Positions 51,558 through 61,851 of a stretch of DNA of 64,000 nucleotides are shown piece by piece. The DNA comes from Candidatus Latescibacterota bacterium (GTDB lineage: Bacteria > Latescibacterota > UBA2968 > GCA-2709665): NCBI GenBank assembly GCA_965248435.1, contig OZ252100.1, positions 5,024,001-5,088,000 of the forward strand. Reading direction: 5' to 3'. A program made the position numbers and the translations under genes. The notes under the pieces were generated by a model. It was not told the DNA's origin, made no database searches, and was given only the letters and a program-made list of their open reading frames with translations. Within the stretch, counting starts at the first letter, position 1; each line of letters starts with the position of its first letter.

Positions 51558-52799
51558 ATGAAGAAGAAAATCAATATCGACCAGCTCAAGGTCGGCATGT
51601 TCATGGAGGCAGACGTCAAGGAGGGCGGCAAGAGCAAGGGCTCGTCCAACAAGAACGTCCTGCTGCTGGGCAAGGGGATGCTGGTCACCTCAGAGAATCA
51701 GATCCGACGTCTGAAAGAGGCGGGCCTCGGAGAGGTGACCATCGACACGACCAAGGGGGCCGACGCGCCAGGCGGAAGGCCGGTTTCGGCTGCTGTTCCC
51801 CAGATGCCCCGGGAGCCCAAGAAAAAGCCTCCCCCTCCAGGTCGCGAGGCCCATTACAAGGATGAGCTCAAGGTTGCGCGGGCGACCCGGGCTGCCGCCA
51901 CAAAAGCGGTGAAGGAGACCCTGACGAGCGTGGCCATGGGCGGATCGATGGACAAGCAGAAGATCGATGCGGCCGGAAAACTGATCACCAAGAGCGTGAT
52001 GCGGAACGTGGACGCCATGGTGGGGTTGACTCGAATCAAGGAGCACGACGCCTACACGGCGACCCACTGCATCAACGTGTGCGTCCTGGTTCTGGCCGTG
52101 CTGCACGCCGAGGGCGTGGATGAAGAAACGGCGGAGACGGTGGCCACCGCGGCGCTGCTGCACGATATCGGCAAGACGAAGGTGCCGCTCGAGATCCTGA
52201 ACAAACCGGGCCGCTTCGAGCCGCACGAGCTGGAAGAGATGCGGAAACACACGGTCTACAGCGAGGAGATCCTGCGGGAGATGTCGGGCATTACGGAAGA
52301 AGGCTTCTTTATCGCCACGCAGCACCACGAAATGCTGAATGGCAGCGGCTACCCCCATAGCCTGAAGGGTGGCGAGATCCACCGACTCGGGCAGATTACC
52401 GCGATATCCGATGTCTACGATGCGCTGACGTCAGCGCGTGTTTACAAACCGGCGTTGACGCCCCATACCGCGCTCAGCCGGATCTACGGAAACCGGGACA
52501 AGGAGTTTCGGAGCGATGTCGTCGAACTCTTTATCAAGGCTCTGGGTCTCTATCCTGTCAGCAGCCTTGTGGCCTTGAATACGGGCGAAGTCGGCGTGGT
52601 CTGCGAACCCAATCCGGAGGATTCGCGCCAGCCCAAAGTCGGAGTGATTATCACGCGATACAAGAAGCGGCGGGCGACGCCGTTGGTCGTGGACCTTGCG
52701 GACCCTCACGCATCTGAGGAGCGAAAGATCATTAAAGTGATGGATCCCGAAAAATATAACGTGGACATCGAAAAAATCCTCAAGATGTCGACGGGTTGA
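51558..52799 (+). CDS. HD-GYP phosphodiesterase with DUF3391-like N-terminus
   Basis: LHDIGK, HHE, GSGYP, DVYDALT. Confidence 0.92.
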   Translation: MKKKINIDQLKVGMFMEADVKEGGKSKGSSNKNVLLLGKGMLVTSENQIRRLKEAGLGEVTIDTTKGADAPGGRPVSAAVPQMPREPKKKPPPPGREAHYKDELKVARATRAAATKAVKETLTSVAMGGSMDKQKIDAAGKLITKSVMRNVDAMVGLTRIKEHDAYTATHCINVCVLVLAVLHAEGVDEETAETVATAALLHDIGKTKVPLEILNKPGRFEPHELEEMRKHTVYSEEILREMSGITEEGFFIATQHHEMLNGSGYPHSLKGGEIHRLGQITAISDVYDALTSARVYKPALTPHTALSRIYGNRDKEFRSDVVELFIKALGLYPVSSLVALNTGEVGVVCEPNPEDSRQPKVGVIITRYKKRRATPLVVDLADPHASEERKIIKVMDPEKYNVDIEKILKMSTG

Positions 52800-52836
52800 G
52801 TTCGTTCAGCGACCCGCGACCCCTTCCAACTTCTGA

Positions 52837-53871
52837 CTACCCTTTCAACGTCTGCTGACGTCTTCTGCGGGCCAGTTCGCGCATGTCGGTGACCTGGTCG
52901 AACTCGTCGACGATTTCCCTTCCCAAAATTTCTTCCAGTACATCTTCCAACGTCAGTACGCCGGCCAACCCCCCGAACTCGTCGATCACGATGAACAGGT
53001 GCTGGCGGCGTTCCAGGAACATTTTGAGGATTCTGTCCAGCGTCGTCGACTCGGAGACGAAGTGCACCGGCCGCATGAGTTCGGAGAGTTTCACGTTTCC
53101 GCGGCCTTCCGCCCTCGCGGAGAGCGCGTCCCGTCGAAGGACGATTCCAACGATGTCTTCAAACTCTTTGTCGTAGACCGGTACTCGACTGTGTTCCCAG
53201 ATTCCGGATTCTTCGTGGGCCTCATCCACCGAAAGCTGGTCGCTGAGGCCAAAGACGACGGTTCTGGGGGTCATCGCGTCTCGCGCGGCCTTGGATTTGA
53301 GGGAGAGGATGTTTTGAATCACCCTCGCCTCATCGGCATCTATGACCCCGGCGCGATGTCCTGCAAGCGCCATCGAAACGACTTCATCTCCGGATATGAC
53401 ATCATCGGTCTTACCACGAGAAATCATCCGCGTGACGATCCTGAGCACGGAGACCAGCGGTGTGAAGATCCAGACCAGGGCCAGAAGCGGACGGGCAATG
53501 AATCCAGACAGCGGGCGATTGTAGACGACCCCCACGGTCTTCGGCAGCACTTCGGAAAAGAACAGCACGGAGAACGTGATGCCGATCGTGAAATAGACCT
53601 CCCACTCAGGTCCGAACACCTTGATGAACGCCACGCCCGCGATGAATGCGCCGCCCGTGTTCGCGATGGTATTGAGCGACAGGATGGCGGAAATCGGCCG
53701 GTCTACGTTTTCACTTTTCCTGAGCCTGCGCAGGATCTGACCCGACGTTCGCCCCGCCTGTGCCAGCGACTCGATATGGCTGAAGGGAACGGAATAGAGG
53801 ACCGCTTCGAACAGGGAACAGAGTGCGGAGATGATAATGACGGCGCTTACCGCCAGGATCAGTTCGGTCAT
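52837..53871 (-). CDS. CNNM/CBS-domain (hemolysin-family) membrane protein
   Basis: SEVLPK, MTPR, HSRVPVY, DEFGG..TLEDVLEEILG. Confidence 0.9.
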   Translation of the reverse strand: MTELILAVSAVIIISALCSLFEAVLYSVPFSHIESLAQAGRTSGQILRRLRKSENVDRPISAILSLNTIANTGGAFIAGVAFIKVFGPEWEVYFTIGITFSVLFFSEVLPKTVGVVYNRPLSGFIARPLLALVWIFTPLVSVLRIVTRMISRGKTDDVISGDEVVSMALAGHRAGVIDADEARVIQNILSLKSKAARDAMTPRTVVFGLSDQLSVDEAHEESGIWEHSRVPVYDKEFEDIVGIVLRRDALSARAEGRGNVKLSELMRPVHFVSESTTLDRILKMFLERRQHLFIVIDEFGGLAGVLTLEDVLEEILGREIVDEFDQVTDMRELARRRRQQTLKG

Positions 53872-54102
53872 CGTTTTTGCCTCGCTGTCTGAGACTGGGT
53901 CCGGAGATCGGCTGCAGGTTGATCCGATCGATCTTGAGTGGAGTTCACACGATCTCTATAAGGGATCTAGAGGTCGAGGTCAAGGGCTTTCAACCCCGTG
54001 CCCGGGCCGGGCCTGTGGCCGAAATCCGAGTTTTTGCTTGCCCGGTATTGCTCGGATTGGTAACTTTTTATGGCACTTAAACCCTTTGACCGATCGAGAT
54101 TT

Positions 54103-54453
54103 ATGTCAGGCATCAGATACGATACCGTTTTAGAGCGCTGTTTCCCGGATACGGAGCAGATCCTCATGTCGTTTATTTGGAAGCACGTCCTCGGCGTGAA
54201 TGGTGGACCTCCCTTCAAGCCGGACCGTCCCGATCCCATTCGGCTCGCCCAGGTGAAGGATGTGATGGAGACGGTCGTTTCGGGCCGGAAATACGAGGTC
54301 CTGCTCCTCCGCCTTCAAGGCAAGACCGTGGGCGAGATCGCGATGCTTCTTTCGATTTCAAAGAGCTCCGTGAGGAGCCACTACCGCGGTGCCGTCATTC
54401 AGGTGCGAAGGGCGATTGGACTCGAACCCGCTGTGTTTTCTCCTCCCGCTTAA
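54103..54453 (+). CDS. Small sigma70 region 4/LuxR-type HTH protein
   Basis: LQGKTVGEIAMLLSISKSSVRSH. Confidence 0.6.
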   Translation: MSGIRYDTVLERCFPDTEQILMSFIWKHVLGVNGGPPFKPDRPDPIRLAQVKDVMETVVSGRKYEVLLLRLQGKTVGEIAMLLSISKSSVRSHYRGAVIQVRRAIGLEPAVFSPPA

Positions 54454-54503
54454 TTTCCTTCCGAAGCCTTCCTTTTTACCCACCTCTTTTTCTTCACTGT
54501 TAC

Positions 54504-55045
54504 ATGCCGGGTACCGGGAAATCAAAACACGGGTATCGGGTACCGCAAAACCGGGCATCTTGGATCGTGATTCGTAATCGAAACTACTCGCGATCTAAAT
54601 GACCCGTAGGGGCAGGCCTCCGCGCCTGCCCTTAAATCTTTCACCAAGTAAATGACACCCCCGGTACCCGGTACCGGAATGCCGGGTACCGGGAAACCAA
54701 AACACGGGTATCGGGTACCGCAAAACCAGGCATCTTGGATCGTGATTCGTAGTCGAAACTAGCCGCGATCTAAATGACCTGTAGGGGCAGGCCTCCGCGC
54801 CTGCCCTTAAATCTTTCACCAAGTAAATGACACCCCCGGTACCCGGTACCCAGAATGCCGGGTACCGGGAAATCAAAACACGGGTATCGGGTACCGCAAA
54901 ACCGGGCATCTTGGATCGTGATTCGTAATCGAAACTACTCGCGATCTAAATGACCCGTAGGGGCAGGCCTCCGCGCCTGCCCTTAAATCTTTCACCAAGT
55001 AAATGACACCCCACGGTACCCGGTACCCGAACCCCGGTACCCGGT
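54504..55045. repeat. Three tandem 175-176 bp mosaic units (BIME-like)
   Basis: Units start at 54504, 54679 and 54855; each holds a GGTACC element and the REP GTAGGGGCAGGCCTCCGCGCCTGCCCT. Confidence 0.9.
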
Positions 55046-55060
55046 CCGTGCGAGATTTTC

Positions 55061-56074
55061 TCAAAAGGCGACGTCGCTTCTGCGGGAAAGCAAAAAGAGG
55101 AAGAAGGGACAACCCAGCGCAGAGGTGATGATCCCGATGGGGATCTCTGACGGGGCCGCGAGGATTCGAGCGAGGATGTCCGCGAGGACCATCAGGAGCG
55201 CGCCCGCGAGGGCCGACACCGGGATGAGCCGGAAATGGTCGGGTCCGACGACCAGGCGGACGAGGTGGGGGACGACCAGGCCGACGAACCCGATCAGGCC
55301 GCTGACGGAGACCGCGGCGGCGGCGAGGAGGGCAGAGGCCCCGAGTACCATTCGTTTGACGCCCTCGACCTCCACTCCGGTGTGATGGGCCGTCTCTTCT
55401 CCCAGGAGGAGGAGGTTCAGGTCTCTCGCGTAGGCCCAGATCACGGCGATTCCAAACGCGACGTAGGGGAGGATCATCTGGACGTGGTCCCAGCGTCTGG
55501 ACGAGAGGCTGCCCAGCAGCCAGAAGAGGATGAGCCTCAGGTCTTCGTCTCCAAGGATCATCAGGAAGGAGGTCCCTGCTGCGGCCAGGGCGCCGACAGC
55601 GACGCCGATCAGGAGGAGCAGGGTGACCGGCACGCGTCCGCCGCGAAGGGCGAGGGCGTAGACCAGAAAGGTGACAGAGAGGGCGCCCGCGAAGGCGAGG
55701 ATCGGCGTGGCGCTCAGCCCGGCGAACCAGAAGTCGATGTGCAGCACCATCCCGATCGTGGCCCCGAAGGCGGCGCCGGAAGAGACGCCCACGATGTAGG
55801 GATCGGCCATCGGGTTCCGGAAAAACCCCTGCATGGCCGCGCCGGCCACGGCCAGGGCGGCCCCGATCAGGATGCCGAGGATCAGACGTGGGAGCCGGAT
55901 GTCGCGAACGATCGTGCCGGCCGGTCCTTCCAGCTTTTCGCCGGTGAGGATTCCGGCCACGTCCCGGAGGGGGATCTCGGCCGTGCCGACCCCGAGCGAG
56001 AGCAGACCCGAGCCGGCGAGCAGGAGGATCAGGATGGGGACGATCAGCGCCGGCCTTTGCCAGATGCGTGTCAT
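55061..56074 (-). CDS. btuC: Cobalamin ABC transporter permease
   Basis: IRLPRL, RNPMADP, IGFVGLVVPH; downstream of the B12 riboswitch. Confidence 0.88.
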   Translation of the reverse strand: MTRIWQRPALIVPILILLLAGSGLLSLGVGTAEIPLRDVAGILTGEKLEGPAGTIVRDIRLPRLILGILIGAALAVAGAAMQGFFRNPMADPYIVGVSSGAAFGATIGMVLHIDFWFAGLSATPILAFAGALSVTFLVYALALRGGRVPVTLLLLIGVAVGALAAAGTSFLMILGDEDLRLILFWLLGSLSSRRWDHVQMILPYVAFGIAVIWAYARDLNLLLLGEETAHHTGVEVEGVKRMVLGASALLAAAAVSVSGLIGFVGLVVPHLVRLVVGPDHFRLIPVSALAGALLMVLADILARILAAPSEIPIGIITSALGCPFFLFLLSRRSDVAF

Positions 56075-56982
56075 TTCTTGAATCTGCCGGGGTGAAGGAG
56101 GGCCGCGAGGCGCTCGAGGCCGTCCACGAGGCGGGGTCCGGGCCGGCCCAGGAGATCGAGATCCAGGTGATAGATCCGACCCGTCTTCACGGCATCGATC
56201 GTTTTCCAGCCTGACGTCTCTCTGAGTCTGGCGATGTCCTTCGGGATGCTCTCGGGAGACTCGACAGAAACGATTATGACTTCCGGATTCCGGTCGACGA
56301 CGGTTTCCAGGCCGATTTGCGGCCAGGTGTTTCCAGATCCGATGATGTTCACGCCTCCAGCCGCGCGAATGAGGTCATCGATGAAGCTCCCCGGGCCGGC
56401 CGAGTAGAACGGAGCGGCCAGCCGGCCCCAGATGACGCGGGGACGGTCCTCCTGACCGATCGCCGACACGATCTTCCGCACGGCCTCGATCCTGCTCTCC
56501 AGCTGCTTTATCAGACGGGACGTGGCGTCCTCTTCTCCGATGAGCCGTCCGGTCTGCCGGATGACCCGGATCGTCTCCTCCAGAGTAGAAGGGGCCAGGA
56601 CGAAGACCGGGATGTCGAAGCGCTTGAGACTCTCCAGGGCCTCGAGGGGGTTCAAACGCGCGGCGACGACGAGGTCGGGCTGTACGGAGACGATGAGCTC
56701 CAGGCTCGCGTCCGAGAAGCCCCCGATTCGGGGCAGGTGCTCGACCTCAGGTGGATAATCACAGTAGTTCGTCACAGCCACGATCCGGTCCCCGGCGCCG
56801 AGGGCGAACAGGATTTCGGTGTTGCTCGGGGCCAGAGAGACGATGCGCTCCGGATAGGCGTTCAGGGTGATCCGGTCGCCCAACGCGTCTGTGGCCTCGA
56901 TGGGGAGGTCTGCGACGGCAGGAGCACTGGCGGCCAGGATCAGGGTGATGATTACATGTATACGGAGAGGCATGTTGTTCAT
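56071..56982 (-). CDS. btuF: Cobalamin-binding protein
   Basis: RIVSLAPSNTEILFALG, RPGPRL. Confidence 0.88.
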   Translation of the reverse strand: MNNMPLRIHVIITLILAASAPAVADLPIEATDALGDRITLNAYPERIVSLAPSNTEILFALGAGDRIVAVTNYCDYPPEVEHLPRIGGFSDASLELIVSVQPDLVVAARLNPLEALESLKRFDIPVFVLAPSTLEETIRVIRQTGRLIGEEDATSRLIKQLESRIEAVRKIVSAIGQEDRPRVIWGRLAAPFYSAGPGSFIDDLIRAAGGVNIIGSGNTWPQIGLETVVDRNPEVIIVSVESPESIPKDIARLRETSGWKTIDAVKTGRIYHLDLDLLGRPGPRLVDGLERLAALLHPGRFKK

Positions 56983-57168
56983 CCGTTCATCAATTGCGGA
57001 TTGCGGACCGAACTTGCCGCCGCACGGCTTGACCATCAGAGTCCTGGCGCCGGACCCACCCCTAAATCCCCTCCAAGGAGGGGACTTTCGTATTCACTGA
57101 GTTTACCCACATGGTCACTCAAAATCCCCTCCTGGGAGGGGTGCCCCGCAGGGGTGGGGTGGGTTCTA

Positions 57169-57954
57169 TCACCCAGCATCGCGCGCCGCAAACGGCGTGA
57201 TCTGCGGAAATCCGCTGACCGGATTCGACTGCACGACGGCGTCGACGCCGTAGACATTCCGGATATGTTCCGGAGTGAGGATCTCTTCCGGCGGCCCCGA
57301 TGCAACGACGCGGCCTCCCTCCATCAGCATCAGGCGCTCGCAGTAGGCGGAGGCCAGGTTCAGGTCGTGTGACACGCAGAGGAGGGTCGTGTCCTGGGCC
57401 GTGTTGAGGTGCCTGAGGAGCTCGAAGACCTCGATCTGATGCCCGATGTCCAGGTGGCTGTCCGGCTCGTCCAGCAAGAGGAGCACAGGTTCCTGGGCCA
57501 GGGCCCGGGCGATGACAGCCCGCTGGCGCTCCCCGCCCGAGAGCTCGGTGACCTTGCGATCTCTCAGGTCGAGCAGATCGGTCTGTCGGAGGGTCTCCAT
57601 CGCCAGGTCGTGGTCGTGGCTCGACGCGCGCTGAAAGCGCTTCAGGTGGGGCGTTCTGCCCATCAGGACCATCTCCAGGACAGAGAACTCGAACAGGAGC
57701 ACGGTATCCTGGGGGATGACGGCGATTTGCCTCGCCACCTCGCGCCGCGAGAGGCCGCCGATTTCGCGGCCGTTGAGCGTCACGGCGCCGGCCGGCGCCT
57801 TCAGGAGGCCGGTGAGGGCGCGCAGGAGGGTGCTCTTCCCGCAGCCGTTCGGGCCGATGACCCCGACGAAGTCGCCGGGCGAGAGGCTGAAACTGACGTT
57901 GCGCAGAACAGGGTCAGCGCCGTACCCGCACGTTAAATTTCTGACGTTTAACAT
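57169..57954 (-). CDS. btuD: Cobalamin ABC transporter ATP-binding protein
   Basis: GPNGCGKST, LSGGERQR, LLDEP. Confidence 0.88.
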   Translation of the reverse strand: MLNVRNLTCGYGADPVLRNVSFSLSPGDFVGVIGPNGCGKSTLLRALTGLLKAPAGAVTLNGREIGGLSRREVARQIAVIPQDTVLLFEFSVLEMVLMGRTPHLKRFQRASSHDHDLAMETLRQTDLLDLRDRKVTELSGGERQRAVIARALAQEPVLLLLDEPDSHLDIGHQIEVFELLRHLNTAQDTTLLCVSHDLNLASAYCERLMLMEGGRVVASGPPEEILTPEHIRNVYGVDAVVQSNPVSGFPQITPFAARDAG

Positions 57955-58054
57955 CGCGTATTTCGTGACACTGTAGAGACGCCCCGGTGGGGCGTCTCCC
58001 CCCGGTGGGGCGTCTCTACCACGTGGTAAATCGGAAAACCCATTACGACCACGG

Positions 58055-58095
58055 CAAAACAAAAACCCGGGCCATTCGAAAGGCGCCGGGTTTGA
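58055..58095 (-). terminator. Terminator in the riboswitch expression platform
   Basis: AAACCCGG..CCGGGTTT hairpin followed by a U-tract on the minus strand. Confidence 0.65.
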
Positions 58096-58151
58096 TTTTT
58101 TGTGCGAAATCGCCCGCGCTCTTCCCTCGAAGGCGGTTGGGTTCTTCGCGT

Positions 58152-58325
58152 CAGGGCAGGTCTCCTGGCTTTCGACGGCCGCTCCCGGCCTTCCCGGTCT
58201 TGAATGACCAGTGGCTATCCGCGAGAGGGCCTGACGTCGATCACAGTGGCGGGGCCACGCCGGATTCTCACCGGCTTCCCTATTCTCCGGATTGGACGAA
58301 CTGTCCTTCCGGCACCAGTGACGCA
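58152..58325 (-). ncRNA. Cobalamin riboswitch
   Basis: Minus strand GGTGCC..AATAGGGAAGCCGGTGAGAATCCGGCG..CCCGCCACTGTG..GCCACTG..GGGAAGG..AGCCAGGAGACCTGCC. Confidence 0.95.
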
Positions 58326-58672
58326 GGTGCGACAAATATAGGAGTAACCGACTGTTTCTCAAAGTGCTTTCTCGAAGAGCACCCGCCCGATCTCAGAGAT
58401 CTCGAATCGAACAGTTTCAAAGGAATTGTGCCCTACATGACCGTGCCCTATATTGCTCCCTCAAATTGCTCAGAACAAAATGTTGAGAATATTAGCAGAA
58501 GCTCCAATTTTGGTGTAAATGGTCACATACTGAAAGTCGCACATAACCTAACTTACAGGTTAGGTGAATACCATTTAGCACACCGTACGCAGTCCGTGCC
58601 CAGGTGGTCACGGGGTCGTACCCGGTAGGAGCCGTCTCCAGACGGCGAACAGTTCATCAGAAGGGAGGGTTT

Positions 58673-59743
58673 ATGAAACGCGTCTTTCTTTTCGCAGTAT
58701 TCTTATTGATTCCACTTGGCCTGGTTGTGGCCCAGGAGCAGACGGCCCCTGGTCCACCGGTCCGAGTGGACTTCGAGGGCATCCATCCGTTCGAGGCGCC
58801 GTCGGCTGGTGGGCCCATCGAGATCGGCCCTCCGCTGCGCGTAGACTTCGAGGGAAGCCATCCGCTGTCGACCTCTTCTGGTGAGGCCGCAGGGCCTTCT
58901 GAGATGGGTGGCCTGGAGCGAGTGGATTTCGAAGGGACACATCCGGCCCCGGCCGGATCGCAGCAGGCAGTCGGACCCCGTGGGGGGGGTCCGTCAGGGA
59001 CCGCGGCTCAAGGCGGTCAGGCGAGTGGAGCTGCAGGTCAGCCCCAGGGGGGTGCATCTGCGAGCGGCACGCAGCCGGGTGGACAGGCGGGCATCGGCCC
59101 CGCCGGGCAGGCCGGCCAACAACCGCCGGGACCCCCTGGGATCGGACAGAAGCCTCAGCCAGGAAAGACACCGCCTCATCCGAGGCCTCCCGGGCGCGTC
59201 GCACCCAAGCCTCCTCCAAGCAGTGCCGGACGCGCCCCTAAGTCGGTTAGGCCGCCCCGTCCCCGCTTCGGACCAAAGCCTCCCCCTCAGAGGAAAGAGC
59301 CTCCAAAGCCGGGACCCTCGAATGTGAGGGGCGGTCGGCCTCCGGCTCCTGCCTCTTCAGCGCTGCGTCCTCCTTCGCGTTCCCCGCAGCCCGGGCGCCC
59401 GGGGGCTCCTCTGCAGCCGGGGACCGCAGGGATTCAAGGGAAGGTTGTCATCAAGGGGTATAAGCACGACGGCCCCTGCCCAAAGAAGAACGGGCCGTTA
59501 GTGATTAACGGCCGTGGATTCGGGCGAGGTCCCGGTGCCTATCGCCTGATGCTGGTCCTGGATGGGACGCGAACCAAGCTTTCGCTGCCCATAAGGCGCT
59601 GGTCAGACAATCAGATCGAGACCTTCATACCTAACAATCCGAGAATACGGTCGGGTGACAGGTTTACCTACTACGTCGGACTGCAGGACCGACGTGGAAA
59701 CTGGGCCAGCAACACGGACAAGAAATTCACGATCTGTCAATAA
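58673..59743 (+). CDS. Secreted Pro/Gly-rich protein with three RVDFEGxHP motifs and a C-terminal IPT/TIG-like domain
   Basis: RBS GGAGG, signal peptide, LVINGRGFG..WSDNQI. Confidence 0.7.
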   Translation: MKRVFLFAVFLLIPLGLVVAQEQTAPGPPVRVDFEGIHPFEAPSAGGPIEIGPPLRVDFEGSHPLSTSSGEAAGPSEMGGLERVDFEGTHPAPAGSQQAVGPRGGGPSGTAAQGGQASGAAGQPQGGASASGTQPGGQAGIGPAGQAGQQPPGPPGIGQKPQPGKTPPHPRPPGRVAPKPPPSSAGRAPKSVRPPRPRFGPKPPPQRKEPPKPGPSNVRGGRPPAPASSALRPPSRSPQPGRPGAPLQPGTAGIQGKVVIKGYKHDGPCPKKNGPLVINGRGFGRGPGAYRLMLVLDGTRTKLSLPIRRWSDNQIETFIPNNPRIRSGDRFTYYVGLQDRRGNWASNTDKKFTICQ

Positions 59744-59772
59744 GATTCGCAATCCAAGAGGAGGTTGTGACT

Positions 59773-60426
59773 ATGAAACGCATCGTTCTACTGTTGGTCG
59801 TCGGCTGTGCTGTTCTGGGGGTGGTGTCAGTCTGGGCAGCCAGGGTCCAACAACCGGAAGCCCCCAATGCCCACCCCTCCAAGATATACGGGTATATCTC
59901 GCTAAGGGATCCGTCGACACGCCAGCTTCACTTCACGGCAAACCCTTCGAATGTCATCCCGACAGGCGTATCGGTAGTTTTTCGCTCTGTGGACGGCGTG
60001 GAGCAATCTGTGGCCCTCACGCTCGGGGAAATCACAACGACGGACGTCGGACAGGGTCAGTATCGTGAACAGCAAGCGGAGGAAACCCCAATCCTTTTTC
60101 GCTTTGTCAACAGCGACGGAAGCGCACTTGATCATCATCACAACCCCCGAGATGTTCCGGATGATGCCGTGGCCATCCTTTATGAAATCACCTTGGAGCA
60201 GGGTCGAGATTTTGGTGCCCCTGTATCCTCACAAGAGGCGACGACGAGGGCGAGGAGTGATGAGCAGCAGAACACCTATCCGCCAGTTATTCAGTATAAT
60301 CCGGAGCAATGGAGTTACGAGCGTGTAGAAATCGGACAGCTGGAGTGGATGACCCCGACCGGCGCGGTGGCCGTGCCGGTATCGAAGCGATCGAACCCGT
60401 ATCACCAATTCGGCGAACCTCGATAA
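59773..60426 (+). CDS. Exported hypothetical protein
   Basis: RBS GAGGAGG, signal peptide, followed by a terminator. Confidence 0.7.
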   Translation: MKRIVLLLVVGCAVLGVVSVWAARVQQPEAPNAHPSKIYGYISLRDPSTRQLHFTANPSNVIPTGVSVVFRSVDGVEQSVALTLGEITTTDVGQGQYREQQAEETPILFRFVNSDGSALDHHHNPRDVPDDAVAILYEITLEQGRDFGAPVSSQEATTRARSDEQQNTYPPVIQYNPEQWSYERVEIGQLEWMTPTGAVAVPVSKRSNPYHQFGEPR

Positions 60427-60449
60427 TCAGAAATGACCAAGTGCCTGCG

Positions 60450-60483
60450 AAAGGCCCTCGGAGGGAGACCTCCGGGGGCCTTT
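60450..60483 (+). terminator. Intrinsic terminator
   Basis: AAAGGCCCTCGGAGG..CCTCCGGGGGCCTTT. Confidence 0.7.
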
Positions 60484-60586
60484 CGTATTGCGGATTCAAA
60501 AACCGGGTACCGGGAAAGCAAAACACGGGCTAAAGTCCGTTGATCGCGAATCGTCGTTCGTTGATCGCATCTACCGCGCACCGCTT

Positions 60587-60745
60587 TGTCATTCCGAGCG
60601 CCAGCGAGGAATCTCAACAGGCCACGCAGCAGCTGTTACTTCAAGAAATGATTCAGTGAATTCCTCCCTCTTGAGATCCCTCGTCGCCTGATTGCTCTGA
60701 GGTACGGAACCGTCGTATTGATTTGCAGGGCTCCTCGGGATGACA
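60587..60745 (-). repeat. TGTCAT..ATGACA palindromic miniature element, copy 2
   Basis: Reverse complement aligns end to end with 11382-11540. Confidence 0.85.
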
Positions 60746-60917
60746 AATCTGGCTGTAGTACAGGTGATGCATTGTTAACCCCGTGGATCCCAAGATCTGC
60801 CTCCTGATAGATACCGTGAAAGGTATCGCGCTGATTGACCAAGTGATTTCAATAACTTATATTGAGCTGTGTGATCTACAACATGGTCTTAAAACGATGT
60901 AAAGAAAGGAGCCGTCG

Positions 60918-61301
60918 ATGGCGTTGTTTCTGCATACCCGAATCCGGGTGAGCGATATGGACCGCTCGATCAAATTCTACGAAGGCCTGGGCTTCAGGGT
61001 CAAGAGCGGGCCCAACACCTCACCGGCGGGAAATACGATCATCCATCTGGAGATGCCGGGGAACGAGCATACCCTGGAGCTGACCCATTCGCCCGATTAC
61101 GAAGTAAAAGTACCCGAGGACCTGATGCACATCGCGATCGGGGTCAAGGATATCATCGCCACCTGCGACGAGCTGGAGAAGAAGGGGATCGAGATCTGGC
61201 CCGATGGGTGGCGGGAGAAGTTCGAGTCCGGACGGAAGATGGCCTTCATCGACGACCCCGACGGGTATGAGATCGAGTATCTCGAGCGCGAGGGTGGCTG
61301 A
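60918..61301 (+). CDS. VOC family protein, glyoxalase I-like
   Basis: HTRIRVSD, FIDDPDGYEIE; promoter TTGACC-N17-TATATT at 60835-60863. Confidence 0.88.
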   Translation: MALFLHTRIRVSDMDRSIKFYEGLGFRVKSGPNTSPAGNTIIHLEMPGNEHTLELTHSPDYEVKVPEDLMHIAIGVKDIIATCDELEKKGIEIWPDGWREKFESGRKMAFIDDPDGYEIEYLEREGG

Positions 61302-61803
61302 CAGCCTGCAATACGCACCCGGTACGGAGCGGCTCAGGTTTCGGGCGGCGACCGGGGAAGACCTGTCTGAGATCGCCGTGATCTTCGAGGCGGTCTGCAG
61401 AGATCCGGAGACCGCGAGCCATTTCGTGCGGCGCATCGGCTCGGCAGACGATTTACTTGATGGATGGCGCGAATCGATCTATCGTATCCTGGTGGCCGAG
61501 GACAGCGATACCCTCACGGGATTCGCGGCCTGGCGGCAGGATGAGGGTGTGGGGGTCGTGGATATCGTGGCTGCGCGGCCCGAATGGCAGGGGCGGGGTG
61601 CGGGTCGGGCGCTGCTGGGTAGGCTGGTCAGAGACCTGCGGGCCGAGGGCCTCCACGTGCTGGAGGCGAGGCTTCCGGAGTCGGGCGACGCCGAGGCCGC
61701 GGGGTTTCGGGAGATCGGTCGCTTACCGAGCCCTTCGGGGAGCACGTGGGTGCACTATCAGAGACGTCTCGTAAAGGAACGAAACCGGGGGGTCGGGCGT
61801 TAG
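61294..61803 (+). CDS. GNAT N-acetyltransferase
   Basis: PEWQGRGAGRALL, GFREIGR. Confidence 0.75.
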   Translation: MADSLQYAPGTERLRFRAATGEDLSEIAVIFEAVCRDPETASHFVRRIGSADDLLDGWRESIYRILVAEDSDTLTGFAAWRQDEGVGVVDIVAARPEWQGRGAGRALLGRLVRDLRAEGLHVLEARLPESGDAEAAGFREIGRLPSPSGSTWVHYQRRLVKERNRGVGR

Positions 61804-61851
61804 AGGGGGCAATCCTCATTTGATCGCCCGTCCGGGATCCAAAGAGGAAAT

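Noticed and set aside
54504-55045. CRISPR array
   Set aside because: Whole 175-bp units are repeated with no unique spacers, and no cas genes are present
58576-58591. Sigma-54 promoter TAGCACACCGTACGCA
   Set aside because: Lacks the invariant GG and the TTGC box; too weak to call
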